From Patescibacteria group bacterium (GTDB lineage: Bacteria; Patescibacteriota; Dojkabacteria; JAKAPS01), in contig JANWIC010000001.1 in the NCBI GenBank assembly GCA_025450075.1, positions 1-57,475 on the forward strand: a stretch of DNA of 57,475 nt. Direction: 5' to 3'. Each line of letters begins with the position of its first letter. The stretch's first letter is position 1. Position numbers and translations under genes: made by a program. Of the stretch, positions 1-9,333 are shown in pieces. Below the pieces are notes generated by a model. It was not told the DNA's origin, did not search any database, and was given only the letters and a program-made list of their open reading frames with translations.

Positions 1-231
1 CCCTTCCACAGAACGATAAGGGTCTATTGAACCTCTCCAAAGATTGCCTGTACCAGTATTTGCAACAAGTTCACCAATAACAAAACTTCTAGTTCGGATT
101 GCTTCAGCCAGTAATTTTAAATATTCCTTTGTAGCATCCCTTTGATCTATGGTAATATCGGGATCATCCAAAGAATCAATATAATTATTGGCTTCTAATA
201 ATGGATCGGATTCTAATTGATGTTCTGGCAT
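1..231 (-). CDS. Hypothetical protein, N-terminal part (runs off the window edge)
   Basis: My translation: ATG at 231, frame open to position 1 (MPEHQLESDPLLEANNYIDSLDD...). Not in the ORF track. Confidence 0.6.
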   Translation of the reverse strand, partial: MPEHQLESDPLLEANNYIDSLDDPDITIDQRDATKEYLKLLAEAIRTRSFVIGELVANTGTGNLWRGSIDPYRSVEG

Positions 232-282
232 ATCTAATTATTGATGGCTTATAGTGGCATAAACATACTAATACTACAATGG

Positions 283-1329
283 TTACCGTAGATATTTTGC
301 TATATTAGCATTTTGTTGATTGATATCTATTGCATAGTGGATATTTCCCTGATTATCCGAAATATAGTAGAAATAGTTATTTGAGATAGGAGTCATGGCA
401 TCCGTTATTGAGCCAAGACCTGGATTTGCAATTGGAGTAGGAGGTAAGCCTGGATTTAAACGTGTATTATATGGGGAATTGATATTCAGATCCGTTTCAT
501 AAATAGTTTGTCTCCACCAAGTCTTTTCAGTGGTAGAATATCCTAAAAGATATTGAAGAGTGGAATCAACACCAAGGGGATAATTAGTATTTAGCCTTCT
601 GATTAAAATATCTGCAATCATTCTTTTATCAGTATCGGTTTTTGCCTCTCGCTCAAGTATTGATGCAAGGGTAACAGTTTGGTAAAGATTTAATGATGTT
701 TGCTTTCTTCCTGTAGTATATGCTGCATATGCTTTTGTTGAAAATGCATCCAGCATAATATTGATAATGTCTTTTGCAGTTGCATTCTTATCAACCTGAT
801 ACGTATCTGGAAAAAGAAACCCTTCTAATGACTTTCCATTTGGAATTTGTGAGATAAATGATTGGGTGAAAAATGATGAGTTTTTAGCCTCGTTTATAAA
901 ATCCTGTTCGCTAAATTGTATAGATGGGTTATTGGATTTTAATTGATCGTAAATAATAGATGCCTGTTCTTCTAGCCGCTTCCCTTCAGGGATTGTAATA
1001 TTAGTAAAGAAATTTCCTTTTTGTAATAGTTTTGCAATATCAACTATACTTGCCCTTGCCGGGATTAGGTAAGACCCTGCCTCAATCTTTTTATCATCTT
1101 GATTAAGTTTTAAATAGATGTTAAAGATTGTAGGATTATCTATAACCTGCAGACTCAATAATTCTTGACTTATCTGTTGAATTCCCTCACCTGAAGTAAT
1201 AATAAAAGTTACAGAGTGGCTATTATCTCCCGATTTTACAATTTCAGTGGTGTAATAATGGTAAATTAGCAAAAAACCTGATAAAAGGAATACAATAAGC
1301 AATGTTATTGGAATAATAATTTTTTTCAT
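283..1329 (-). CDS. mltG: Endolytic transglycosylase MltG (YceG family)
   Basis: N-terminal TM helix; motifs LEGFLFPDTY, ASILEREA, SPYNT..PGLPPTPIANPG; adjacent to ruvX-alaS. Confidence 0.95.
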   Translation of the reverse strand: MKKIIIPITLLIVFLLSGFLLIYHYYTTEIVKSGDNSHSVTFIITSGEGIQQISQELLSLQVIDNPTIFNIYLKLNQDDKKIEAGSYLIPARASIVDIAKLLQKGNFFTNITIPEGKRLEEQASIIYDQLKSNNPSIQFSEQDFINEAKNSSFFTQSFISQIPNGKSLEGFLFPDTYQVDKNATAKDIINIMLDAFSTKAYAAYTTGRKQTSLNLYQTVTLASILEREAKTDTDKRMIADILIRRLNTNYPLGVDSTLQYLLGYSTTEKTWWRQTIYETDLNINSPYNTRLNPGLPPTPIANPGLGSITDAMTPISNNYFYYISDNQGNIHYAIDINQQNANIAKYLR

Positions 1330-1331
1330 GA

Positions 1332-1766
1332 TTATTGTAGCTCTTTGTTATCTAGAAATTCCTGAAGAATAATACGTGCGGCTTCACTATCTAGATGTTC
1401 TTGAATTCGAAACTTTTTGAATCCCTTCTGCTTCAGGTTTCCATATGCTTCAAACGAAGTAAGTGATTCATTCCATAATATAATAGTTGGACTTATCCCA
1501 TGGGTTTGTAATAAAACTTCCAGTTTGGTTGCGAATGTATTAATTATATCAGACATTTCAGTCTTGTTTCCATCCAATCCTAAAGGAAGTCCTATGACAA
1601 TAGTTGAAATATTATCTTTCAGTACAATATCTGTAATATGACTCAAGGCTTTTTGTTCGTCTTTTTTATGAAGTGTTTTGAAAGCTGATGCGATAGTTTG
1701 GGAATCATCTGATATTGAAAGTCCTATTCTTGCTTTTCCATAATCAATGCCAAGTGCTTTTGCCAT
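1332..1766 (-). CDS. ruvX: Putative pre-16S rRNA nuclease / resolvase-like RuvX (YqgF)
   Basis: ALGIDYGKARIGLSISD, IVIGLP, WNESLTS, DSEAARIIL; conserved alaS-ruvX-mltG order. Confidence 0.93.
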   Translation of the reverse strand: MAKALGIDYGKARIGLSISDDSQTIASAFKTLHKKDEQKALSHITDIVLKDNISTIVIGLPLGLDGNKTEMSDIINTFATKLEVLLQTHGISPTIILWNESLTSFEAYGNLKQKGFKKFRIQEHLDSEAARIILQEFLDNKELQ

Positions 1767-1771
1767 AGATT

Positions 1772-3883
1772 TTATTCAAGTACGGCTCTAATTCTTTTAA
1801 TCCCTTCAGATACAGGCTCTATTTTTAAGATCCTGAAGGTACCAAGCTCTTCTGTATTTGATGCGTGTGTTCCACCACATAATTCAAATGAAAAGTTTCC
1901 AATCTTTACTGTTCGGACTCTATCCAAGTATTTTTCTTCAAATAACCCGATTGCACCTTCTTTCTTTGCATCGGTATATTGCATCTCGGCTATATCGACC
2001 TGAGCATGTTCTTTAATCTTCTCATTTACTAGCGTTTCAATCTTTGAAATATCTTCTTTTGAAACATCTTTATGGGAGGTAAAATCAAACCGAAGTTTAC
2101 CGGCATCAAGATAAGATCCTTTCTGATGGGAATCTTTGCCAAGTACTTCTCTGATAGCCCAATGGAGAAGATGTGTTGCTGTATGGTTATATGAAGATCT
2201 TTTTCTGTTAATTTCATCTACTTCTATCGTAACAGGAATAGGGTAGGAAGTCTTTCCATCGGGAAGCACAATTGCTGAATCATTTTCATCGTTTCTATCA
2301 GCAATATGTACAAATACTCCTCTTTTAGTTTTCTTCACATTTGATATACTTACAATTCCGTTTACGAATGTCATTGTTCCTTTATCACCTGCCTGGCCTC
2401 CAGATTCAGCATACATTGGTGTTTTATCAGTGATAATTAAATATGCACTTTCTGTTCTATCTATATGCAATACATTCGCTTTTTCTACCAGTGAATTATA
2501 TCCATTAAACACTGTTGGGGGAAAGTTTTTAAACTGTTCTTCAATAATCTTCCCTAATGTAAAACTGCTTCCGAGCCTTGAGCGGTTCTTTTGAGTTTGC
2601 ATTGAGCTTTCATATGTTGTTGCAATTGATTCTTTATCAAAGGTAATCCCAAGTCCATTCATTAAATCTATCGCTATTTCTGGTGATAACCCGTATGTAT
2701 CTTGGAGTTTAAAGATATCTTCACCGCTTACCTCTCCTTTTGTATGGAAAATTTTCTCAAGGTTTTTTATTCCTGATTGTAAGGTTTTAGAATATTTCAG
2801 TTCTTCAGCCGTGATAACTTCTTTGATATGTTCTTTTTGTGTTAAAAGATTCGGGTAATAGTCACTATATAGTGAGACAATTAAATCGATAATGTCAGTA
2901 AAGAATGGAGCCTGACCTTTATTGATACTTACTTGGGCCATTGCACGTCGAAGTACTTTCCTAAGGATATATCCTCTATGTTCATTTGATGGCATAACAC
3001 CATCACTAATTAAGAAGACAGCAGCTCGGCTATGGTCAGTAATAATCTTTACGCTTCGCTTTGTTTTTGGATTTGTATCATAATCTGTTATATGAAGCTT
3101 TTTGCATACAAGATCAACAACTTGTCTTAATAGGTCAGTATCAAAACAATCAGTTTTTCCTTGCATAAATGCGGCAACTCTTTCAAGTCCTGCCCCTGTA
3201 TCAACATTCTTCTGAGGGAGAGTTGAAAACTTCCCATATTCATCTTTGTAATATTCCATGAATACTCCTGCATTCCATACTTCAAGATATCGATCACAAT
3301 CACAACCTGGTTTACAATCTTCTTTTCCGCATGATAAAGCTTCACCCATATCATAATATATTTCAGTAGATGGTCCGCATGGACCTGTCTCTCCAGGAGG
3401 ACCCCAGAAATTGTCTTTCCAGCCAAGCTCAACTATCCTCTCATTTGGGATTCCTTCATCTAACCAGTATTTAATCGATTCTGTATCTTTTGGAATCGGT
3501 TCTTCGCCTTTGAATACACTTACCCAGATCTTTTCTTTATCAAATTCCATTTCTTTAACAAGAAGTTCTAGGGCAAGATGAATAGCATCTTTTTTATAGT
3601 AGTCGCCAAATGACCAGCTGCCAAGCATTTCAAAAAAGGTCAAATGTCTTCCATCTATCCCAATGTCATCAATATCAACCGTACGGAAAACTTTTTGAAT
3701 AGATGACATACGGATATGAGGAGGATTTTTCTGCTTTAAAAGATAAGGTAACATTTGGACCATGCCGGAGTTTGTGAGAAGTAATGTCGGCTCATCAGGA
3801 ATGAGGGATGAGCTTGGTGCTTCTAAATGCCCATGCTTAGTGAAAAAATCAATAAATGTTTTACGAATTGTTCGGGTATCCAT
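1772..3883 (-). CDS. alaS: Alanine--tRNA ligase (no C-Ala domain)
   Basis: LLLTNSGMVQ, HLTFFEMLG, DTGAGLER, DHSRA, YAESGGQ; editing motifs HTATH and ELCGGTH. Confidence 0.97.
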   Translation of the reverse strand: MDTRTIRKTFIDFFTKHGHLEAPSSSLIPDEPTLLLTNSGMVQMLPYLLKQKNPPHIRMSSIQKVFRTVDIDDIGIDGRHLTFFEMLGSWSFGDYYKKDAIHLALELLVKEMEFDKEKIWVSVFKGEEPIPKDTESIKYWLDEGIPNERIVELGWKDNFWGPPGETGPCGPSTEIYYDMGEALSCGKEDCKPGCDCDRYLEVWNAGVFMEYYKDEYGKFSTLPQKNVDTGAGLERVAAFMQGKTDCFDTDLLRQVVDLVCKKLHITDYDTNPKTKRSVKIITDHSRAAVFLISDGVMPSNEHRGYILRKVLRRAMAQVSINKGQAPFFTDIIDLIVSLYSDYYPNLLTQKEHIKEVITAEELKYSKTLQSGIKNLEKIFHTKGEVSGEDIFKLQDTYGLSPEIAIDLMNGLGITFDKESIATTYESSMQTQKNRSRLGSSFTLGKIIEEQFKNFPPTVFNGYNSLVEKANVLHIDRTESAYLIITDKTPMYAESGGQAGDKGTMTFVNGIVSISNVKKTKRGVFVHIADRNDENDSAIVLPDGKTSYPIPVTIEVDEINRKRSSYNHTATHLLHWAIREVLGKDSHQKGSYLDAGKLRFDFTSHKDVSKEDISKIETLVNEKIKEHAQVDIAEMQYTDAKKEGAIGLFEEKYLDRVRTVKIGNFSFELCGGTHASNTEELGTFRILKIEPVSEGIKRIRAVLE

Positions 3884-3896
3884 AATTTTAAAAGAA

Positions 3897-3970
3897 AGGT
3901 GACGATGGGATTTGAACCCATGAATAACGGTTTTGCAGACCGCGCCCTTAGGCCACTTGGGTACGTCACC
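3897..3970 (-). tRNA. tRNA-Cys (GCA)
   Basis: Reverse complement GGTGACG-TACCCAAGTGGCCTAAGGG-CGCGGT-CTGCAAA-ACCGT-TATT-CATGGGTTCAAATCCCAT-CGTCACC-T: 7-bp acceptor stem, GCA anticodon, T-loop, U73 discriminator; CCA not encoded. Confidence 0.96.
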
Positions 3971-4382
3971 ACTAATATATCAATTGATTTCAAAGCTTTT
4001 TTGATTATATAGGAAGGTTTATGCTTAGTCAATTTAATTTTTAGATTAGTTGGGATAGAATTTAATGTAAAAAAGGCTTAGATATTAGTAAAACTTTTTA
4101 TAATGTGTTTATTATTTGACGTTGTGTATTAGTATATATACTTTTTAGTATTATTATTTCGAAAATAAAGTGCTTATGAGCAGATTGTTTTTAAATAATT
4201 TTTGACTTACTTAGGATAAAAATTTCTTAACATCGATCTATTTTCTTAAAATGTTATATATAATCATTGGATATTTGCAATGATAAATTTCAAATTGCAA
4301 ACATTTATTACTATATAAATTTCTCTAAATCATTTTAATATTTGAATTTTCAAATTGAATATATAAATCAATCTCAGCAATA

Positions 4383-4411
4383 TTGACTTCGCAAATGTTA
4401 TGGGATATGAT
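4383..4411 (+). promoter_or_regulatory. Sigma70-type promoter for ORF 4435
   Basis: TTGACT-N17-TATGAT, ending 23 nt before the ATG. Confidence 0.6.
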
Positions 4412-4434
4412 CTTGACATATTATTTCAAATGTT

Positions 4435-5160
4435 ATGGGAACTGAATCTCAAAAATATATTCAAGGATTAACAGCCCCGATTGATGAACTACCTCTTGAA
4501 TTCTTAGATGGTGTGACAAATATAATCATTAGAGGACCTAAAAATGTAATAGATGGGGATGATAACATACATCAATTATGTAATACTTTAGGTGTGAGTG
4601 AAGATAGTAAGGAACCAGAATATGAAGTTATATTGAAATTAATGGCACTATTTCAAAAAAGAATGGAAGATTCAAATGGAGTGAATAGTGATGTTAATGA
4701 AATGTATGCTGTCTTTGGAGCAATTTCTAAAAGTTTTATAAATGATAATAAAAGTGTATGGAGCGGAATGGTGCGGCCTACTAAATTTGCACGCATGGAG
4801 TATGTTCTTTCTCAAATGGGATTTATTCCACTGCCAAGAAAGTTGTCTGAAAAAAGTGATTACTTTCAATCTGCAATTAAAGCAATTATAATGGCAAAAT
4901 TACTTGCACCTGTATTAGCGAAATGGCTTGATGGCAGTAATGAAGAAGTAATAGATAAATATGCTGTGGCATTATTGCAATTTTGTGGGTTTTATCAAAT
5001 TTCGATAAGATCAAAAGAGATATTTGGCTATTTAACAAAATATTCAAAAAATTCGGATAAAGGATTTGGGAAAAGGATTGTGGAAATTATTAATAAGAGA
5101 CAAGAAGAAACCGCACAATTAACTGCAAGATATAGAGGGGCTACACATAGTAATAGATAA
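4435..5160 (+). CDS. Hypothetical protein, paralog of 5425..6045
   Basis: 241-aa ORF; shares AI.A..L....PVL.KWL.G......YA.AL...C....ISI with the next ORF. Confidence 0.75.
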   Translation: MGTESQKYIQGLTAPIDELPLEFLDGVTNIIIRGPKNVIDGDDNIHQLCNTLGVSEDSKEPEYEVILKLMALFQKRMEDSNGVNSDVNEMYAVFGAISKSFINDNKSVWSGMVRPTKFARMEYVLSQMGFIPLPRKLSEKSDYFQSAIKAIIMAKLLAPVLAKWLDGSNEEVIDKYAVALLQFCGFYQISIRSKEIFGYLTKYSKNSDKGFGKRIVEIINKRQEETAQLTARYRGATHSNR

Positions 5161-5424
5161 GTGTTTCTAAATTTCTTATCAATTTCACTGTTAATAGATG
5201 GAAGAAGAGAAGATAAAAATTTATATGTTCAAAAGATCATCTAGTATCCTGGTAAATAATCAGAAATAAAGATTCCTATGCCAATAACCTTATAATATAT
5301 GAGAGATAAAGAGATTTACCTATTCCATTCACTTAATTATGTTATAATATCATTATAATTTACAGGTAATACTAAGAGTGAATCCGGTTCTGCTGCAGAA
5401 CAAAATAGTGAATTTAACAGATTA

Positions 5425-6045
5425 TTGCAAGGCCCCTTAGTTGATATGTCTTCAGGTGAAGGAGAAAATGAGCTTTGTAATGTTAGTGGTATAGAATTAG
5501 AACATCTTGAATATGCAAGAGATGTTATTAATTGGCTCATAAGATTTGGTACACGTGAAATAGGAAAGCGTACTGGGGCAAATGATAATCCAACAATTAA
5601 CCAATTATATAATGCTATTCGAGCTGATCAAATCGGTTTTCAAAGTAGAACGCCATGGGGTGACACTTTGTTTTATAACAGAATTAAGTCGGAAGGAATT
5701 ACCGTAGTTCCCATTGGAGAAGATACTAGTCAGAATATGAGAGCAATTGTCACGGCATCAGTATTGGAAGAATTTGTTTTGCCTGTATTAGATAAATGGT
5801 TGAAAGGATTTTGGTTTAGAGGAAAGCTTCACTATGCAAAAGCTTTAATTGAAATTTGCCGTGAACAAAATATTTCTATTAATCCTGAACTTCTTAGTAA
5901 ACATTGGGGATACATCTCTTTTCATGACGATGAATTTTGTTATGCTATTTATATAGAACAACATAATGTTGAAGTGTTATTTAATACTGGAGATAGTAGA
6001 TCAGTAGTTGCACATACAAGGCATGGGGAACGAATTAATCATTAA
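5425..6045 (+). CDS. Hypothetical protein, paralog of 4435..5160 (start uncertain)
   Basis: 206-aa ORF with TTG start; frame is open upstream to a TAA at 5356 with no ATG. Confidence 0.65.
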   Translation: MQGPLVDMSSGEGENELCNVSGIELEHLEYARDVINWLIRFGTREIGKRTGANDNPTINQLYNAIRADQIGFQSRTPWGDTLFYNRIKSEGITVVPIGEDTSQNMRAIVTASVLEEFVLPVLDKWLKGFWFRGKLHYAKALIEICREQNISINPELLSKHWGYISFHDDEFCYAIYIEQHNVEVLFNTGDSRSVVAHTRHGERINH

Positions 6046-6446
6046 GATTCTTTTTCCAATAATTCAATGATCTTATCAAGTTTATCATTCTCTATATGGG
6101 AGAGATAAAGCTGAAGCGCTTCAATCTCTTTTTCTGCTTTCTTATTTGTCTCGTAATCTGACTCTGCCTGTACTCTGTCTCTATCAGCCTGTCTGTTTTG
6201 TGCCATCATAATGATTGGTGCAGCATATGCTGCCTGTGTAGAGAAGAGGAGATTAAGAAGAATAAATGGATAGGGATCCCAATGATTAAAGAATGCTAAA
6301 AGATTAAGTATAATCCATAATCCTACAATAATTGTTTGGGTAATAATAAAGTGCCAGCTCCCCATATTATTTGCAACTCTGTCCGCAATTTTTTGTCCGT
6401 ATGTGAGTTGGTCTTTATGTTTTTGATGCCAGGTTTTTTCTTCCAT
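6042..6446 (-). CDS. DUF1003 family membrane protein
   Basis: ADRVA..MGSW.FI, DPYPFILLNL..S.QAAYAAPIIMMAQNRQ. Confidence 0.9.
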   Translation of the reverse strand: MEEKTWHQKHKDQLTYGQKIADRVANNMGSWHFIITQTIIVGLWIILNLLAFFNHWDPYPFILLNLLFSTQAAYAAPIIMMAQNRQADRDRVQAESDYETNKKAEKEIEALQLYLSHIENDKLDKIIELLEKES

Positions 6447-6449
6447 TGA

Positions 6450-7511
6450 TTATTCTTTAGGTTTCTCTTTATCTCCATTACCGATATAGTCAGGCTTAAT
6501 TTCCCTAAGTAGTTCATCTCTTGTTCTTTCGAATTCTTGCCTGAATTCATCTTTGCCTTTGGAACCTTTTTCATTCAATATGTCCATCTTACTTTCCAGT
6601 GCTGCAAGCTCACCAAGCTCATGTTCAAAAAGTAGTTCAATTTCTCTTTGTCTCCTTCTTGTCATTTGGAACATTCTAATAGACATGAAAGCGACCATAA
6701 TGATGAGGATCAATAATGGAAGGATAAATAGAAGAGCAGCTGCTGCATTATTAAAATATCCCTGCACTAAAGTTGATATATCACTTTTAGCTGTTCCGCT
6801 TGGTGTAATAATAATTGTCTTAATAATGGGAGTTGGTGTTGAATTTGCTTTTGGTTGGGTGACGACAATTAATGTCGGCTGGTTAGCAGTTGTAATTGTA
6901 GGTTTAGGTGTAGGTTTTGCATTAAATGATCCGGGTGGCTGACCAGAAATTGGAGTTGTTTTTGCGGTAGGTGTAGGAGTTGGTCCATTTGAAGTTGGAG
7001 ATGCTGTTGGCGTCCCACTTGCTGAGGGTGTTGGTGTAGGAGTAGGGGTAGCAGTCCCCCCACTAGAATTAATGGTAACTGGTCCTCCTGTTGAAACTGA
7101 ATCAAAGGTTCCATGCCCGTCATTCATATATACAGTTGCACGAGAAATGCTAAAGGTTGCTGATCCGCTTAATGATACTGATATGAATCCTATGGTTCCA
7201 CTTCCACTAAACCCGTTTGTTTTTCCACATGATATCTCTACTTGTCCTCCTCCTGGAGCTGGAGTTGGTGCAGGCACATTACAAATGCCTCCAGTTGTGG
7301 TTTCGTTAATGCCATCAACTGATCCAACATATGAAACAACAATATCAAATGTGTTTTCTGAGGTTCCATTTGTATTAATATTGACATTAACCGTTGCTGA
7401 TGATCCGCTTGAAGGCGAATTGAGTGTTACAACGGCAGCAGCAAAACTCGGGTCAGCGAAAAGTATTCCCAGAAAAAAAAGACAGATTGTGATTAGGGGC
7501 AGTTTTTTCAT
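6450..7511 (-). CDS. Membrane-anchored surface protein: signal peptide, cohesin-like domain, Pro/Thr linker, TM helix, cytoplasmic charged tail
   Basis: TVNVNINT...NTFDIVVSY...GFSGSGTIGFI (cohesin-like); TPTPTPTP linker; hydrophobic LLFILPLLILIIMVAF. Confidence 0.7.
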   Translation of the reverse strand: MKKLPLITICLFFLGILFADPSFAAAVVTLNSPSSGSSATVNVNINTNGTSENTFDIVVSYVGSVDGINETTTGGICNVPAPTPAPGGGQVEISCGKTNGFSGSGTIGFISVSLSGSATFSISRATVYMNDGHGTFDSVSTGGPVTINSSGGTATPTPTPTPSASGTPTASPTSNGPTPTPTAKTTPISGQPPGSFNAKPTPKPTITTANQPTLIVVTQPKANSTPTPIIKTIIITPSGTAKSDISTLVQGYFNNAAAALLFILPLLILIIMVAFMSIRMFQMTRRRQREIELLFEHELGELAALESKMDILNEKGSKGKDEFRQEFERTRDELLREIKPDYIGNGDKEKPKE

Positions 7512-7516
7512 CAGTA

Positions 7517-8026
7517 TTATTGACTTAGTATAACCGAAATTGTCTTCTTTTCAAAGCTGTTAAGGACGTTTGTTCCTCTCCCATCATTTTTCAATATCAA
7601 GCTTTTAGGGCTTATAGCGATATCTGACTTCCCATATCCTATCGTATTAAATGTAATGGTTTCAAGTGTATTTGTTCCTGTAAATCCTGGATTTGGTTTG
7701 CCGCAATATAGCCTAACAAATCCTTTATGTGTATCGTATGTTCGATCTGTATAGAGTGTACAAAAGGAACTTTGGGTATCAACTGATGATATCGCAAGGA
7801 TATGAGGATCAAAATATATTGTAATACCTACTGCGTTAATAGCAGTTGGTGTATTTAATTGGACAGCAGCAATAACTGGTGTATTAATTCCTGTTCTTGT
7901 CGTATTTGTGGCGATTGATAATAGCTTAGTGCTATTTCCTAAAAGTGCTGGTGTATCAGGACCAGGAATGATTAAAAATACAACAAATAAAATGGCAACT
8001 AAAAATGGTATATTGTTTTGTTTCAT
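7517..8026 (-). CDS. Secreted single cohesin-domain protein
   Basis: AINAVGITIYFDP.IL...; GFTG..TLETITF...G.S.I....S.IL.NDG.GTNVL, a pattern typical of CPR cohesins. Confidence 0.75.
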   Translation of the reverse strand: MKQNNIPFLVAILFVVFLIIPGPDTPALLGNSTKLLSIATNTTRTGINTPVIAAVQLNTPTAINAVGITIYFDPHILAISSVDTQSSFCTLYTDRTYDTHKGFVRLYCGKPNPGFTGTNTLETITFNTIGYGKSDIAISPKSLILKNDGRGTNVLNSFEKKTISVILSQ

Positions 8027-8029
8027 AGG

Positions 8030-9331
8030 TTAAGATCCGAAGTAGTACATCATGATACTGAAGTCAATTAAGTCCACGTTCCCATCACCATTTATATCTG
8101 CCAATGCGCTGTTAGTTCCCCAATAGTATAGCAATATACTAAAGTCAATTAGGGTAACATGTCCATCACAGTTCAGATCTCCTTTAGATATGTCACAAGA
8201 TGGTTTTGGATTTGAAGGTATGGTATTGTCAGAAAGGACTGTAAAACTTTGTGGTAGACTTTGGATGCTTTGGACACTGCCTGGAGTTTGCACTGTTGCT
8301 GTTGCCTGATAATCTCCCGGAGAATACGCATTCATTGATGCAAGAGAATAGGTGAAATTACCACTACTGTCGCTTGTCGTACTGTATTGTACTAAAGGAC
8401 TGTTGACCGAAATTGTAACACTACTGTTAGGGACTGTTTCTCCGGTAAATGTAAAAGAATCGGATTGGTGTACCTGGTTAGTATTCGTGAAGATAATAGG
8501 TGAGAGAATAAGGTTTTGGTAATTAGTATTTTGATATGGCGTCGCATAAATAGAAATGCTGCTGCTTGCCGTTACGTTATTAGTTGCATCGATTCCTTCA
8601 ACCATTATGGTATGAAATCCAGGTGTTAAACCAGTAAGAAGAACAGAAAAATATCCTGATCCATCTGGAGAAGATGTGTTAAGTACTGCACTATTTTCAG
8701 TAAATGTCAGAAAAAATCCAGGGTAAGCATACCCCGTAAGAGTAATCTGTGCGGTATATGGTTGAATATCTGCAGATACAGAAATTTTTCCATTGTAAGG
8801 TTCAGCAACTAAAGTAGCAGAATTTTTTATTATTGATTCTGCCATGTCTGTTGCAATATCAATACTTTCATTAAATTCGCTTGAGAAAGAAGGGTTTGTA
8901 GCAGTAATCCTATTAATATATATTGTTGCACCTGGTATGATAGAGAGATTTGACAGGTATATATTATTTCCGGAAATTGTTACATGAAGTCCCGTTCCAT
9001 CTCCATAAATGAAGGTACCGGTTACAAATAAATCAGCAGTAGAAATTGATTGAAAATACGGCATCTTAATTATGATGTAGTCTGACGGGTTAACAGGACT
9101 TGAATTAGCAGGTAGTGTAAATGTAATTTGATGTTCAATATTTGAAAGAGAAAGGTTATTGACCTGGATAAAATCAGACGGATTATCGAGTGAGGAAGAT
9201 GCGTATATAAGATCAATTGCCGAGAAAATTCTCGTTAAAAATACAAAAAGCAGCAGAATTTTGATAATCCTTCGTTGCATGGGCAGTAATAATCTCATGA
9301 TAATATTACTATGTATGAAGGATCCTTGCAA
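8030..9331 (-). CDS. Secreted Ig-like repeat protein with C-terminal dockerin (true start probably ATG 9298 or later)
   Basis: Two Ig-like units (GYAYPG..., GETVPNS.VTI...TSDSSGNF); duplicated Ca-binding repeats GDLNCDGHVTLIDFSILLYYW and ADINGDGNVDLIDFSIMMYYF. Confidence 0.85.
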   Translation of the reverse strand: MQGSFIHSNIIMRLLLPMQRRIIKILLLFVFLTRIFSAIDLIYASSSLDNPSDFIQVNNLSLSNIEHQITFTLPANSSPVNPSDYIIIKMPYFQSISTADLFVTGTFIYGDGTGLHVTISGNNIYLSNLSIIPGATIYINRITATNPSFSSEFNESIDIATDMAESIIKNSATLVAEPYNGKISVSADIQPYTAQITLTGYAYPGFFLTFTENSAVLNTSSPDGSGYFSVLLTGLTPGFHTIMVEGIDATNNVTASSSISIYATPYQNTNYQNLILSPIIFTNTNQVHQSDSFTFTGETVPNSSVTISVNSPLVQYSTTSDSSGNFTYSLASMNAYSPGDYQATATVQTPGSVQSIQSLPQSFTVLSDNTIPSNPKPSCDISKGDLNCDGHVTLIDFSILLYYWGTNSALADINGDGNVDLIDFSIMMYYFGS

Positions 9332-9333
9332 AA

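Noticed and set aside
3827-4032. Short ORFs 3823..4032(-) and 3827..4012(+)
   Set aside because: They are translations of the tRNA-Cys gene and the alaS start.
3971-4380. Very AT-rich gap as oriC or island attachment site; short inverted repeat TTTGCAAT-N12-ATTGCAAA (4274-4301)
   Set aside because: No DnaA-box cluster, integrase or tRNA 3' duplication seen; short inverted repeats are expected at this AT content.
6880-7060. Periodic GGTGTAGGAGT-like repeats
   Set aside because: They encode the Pro/Thr linker; not CRISPR or a non-coding repeat.
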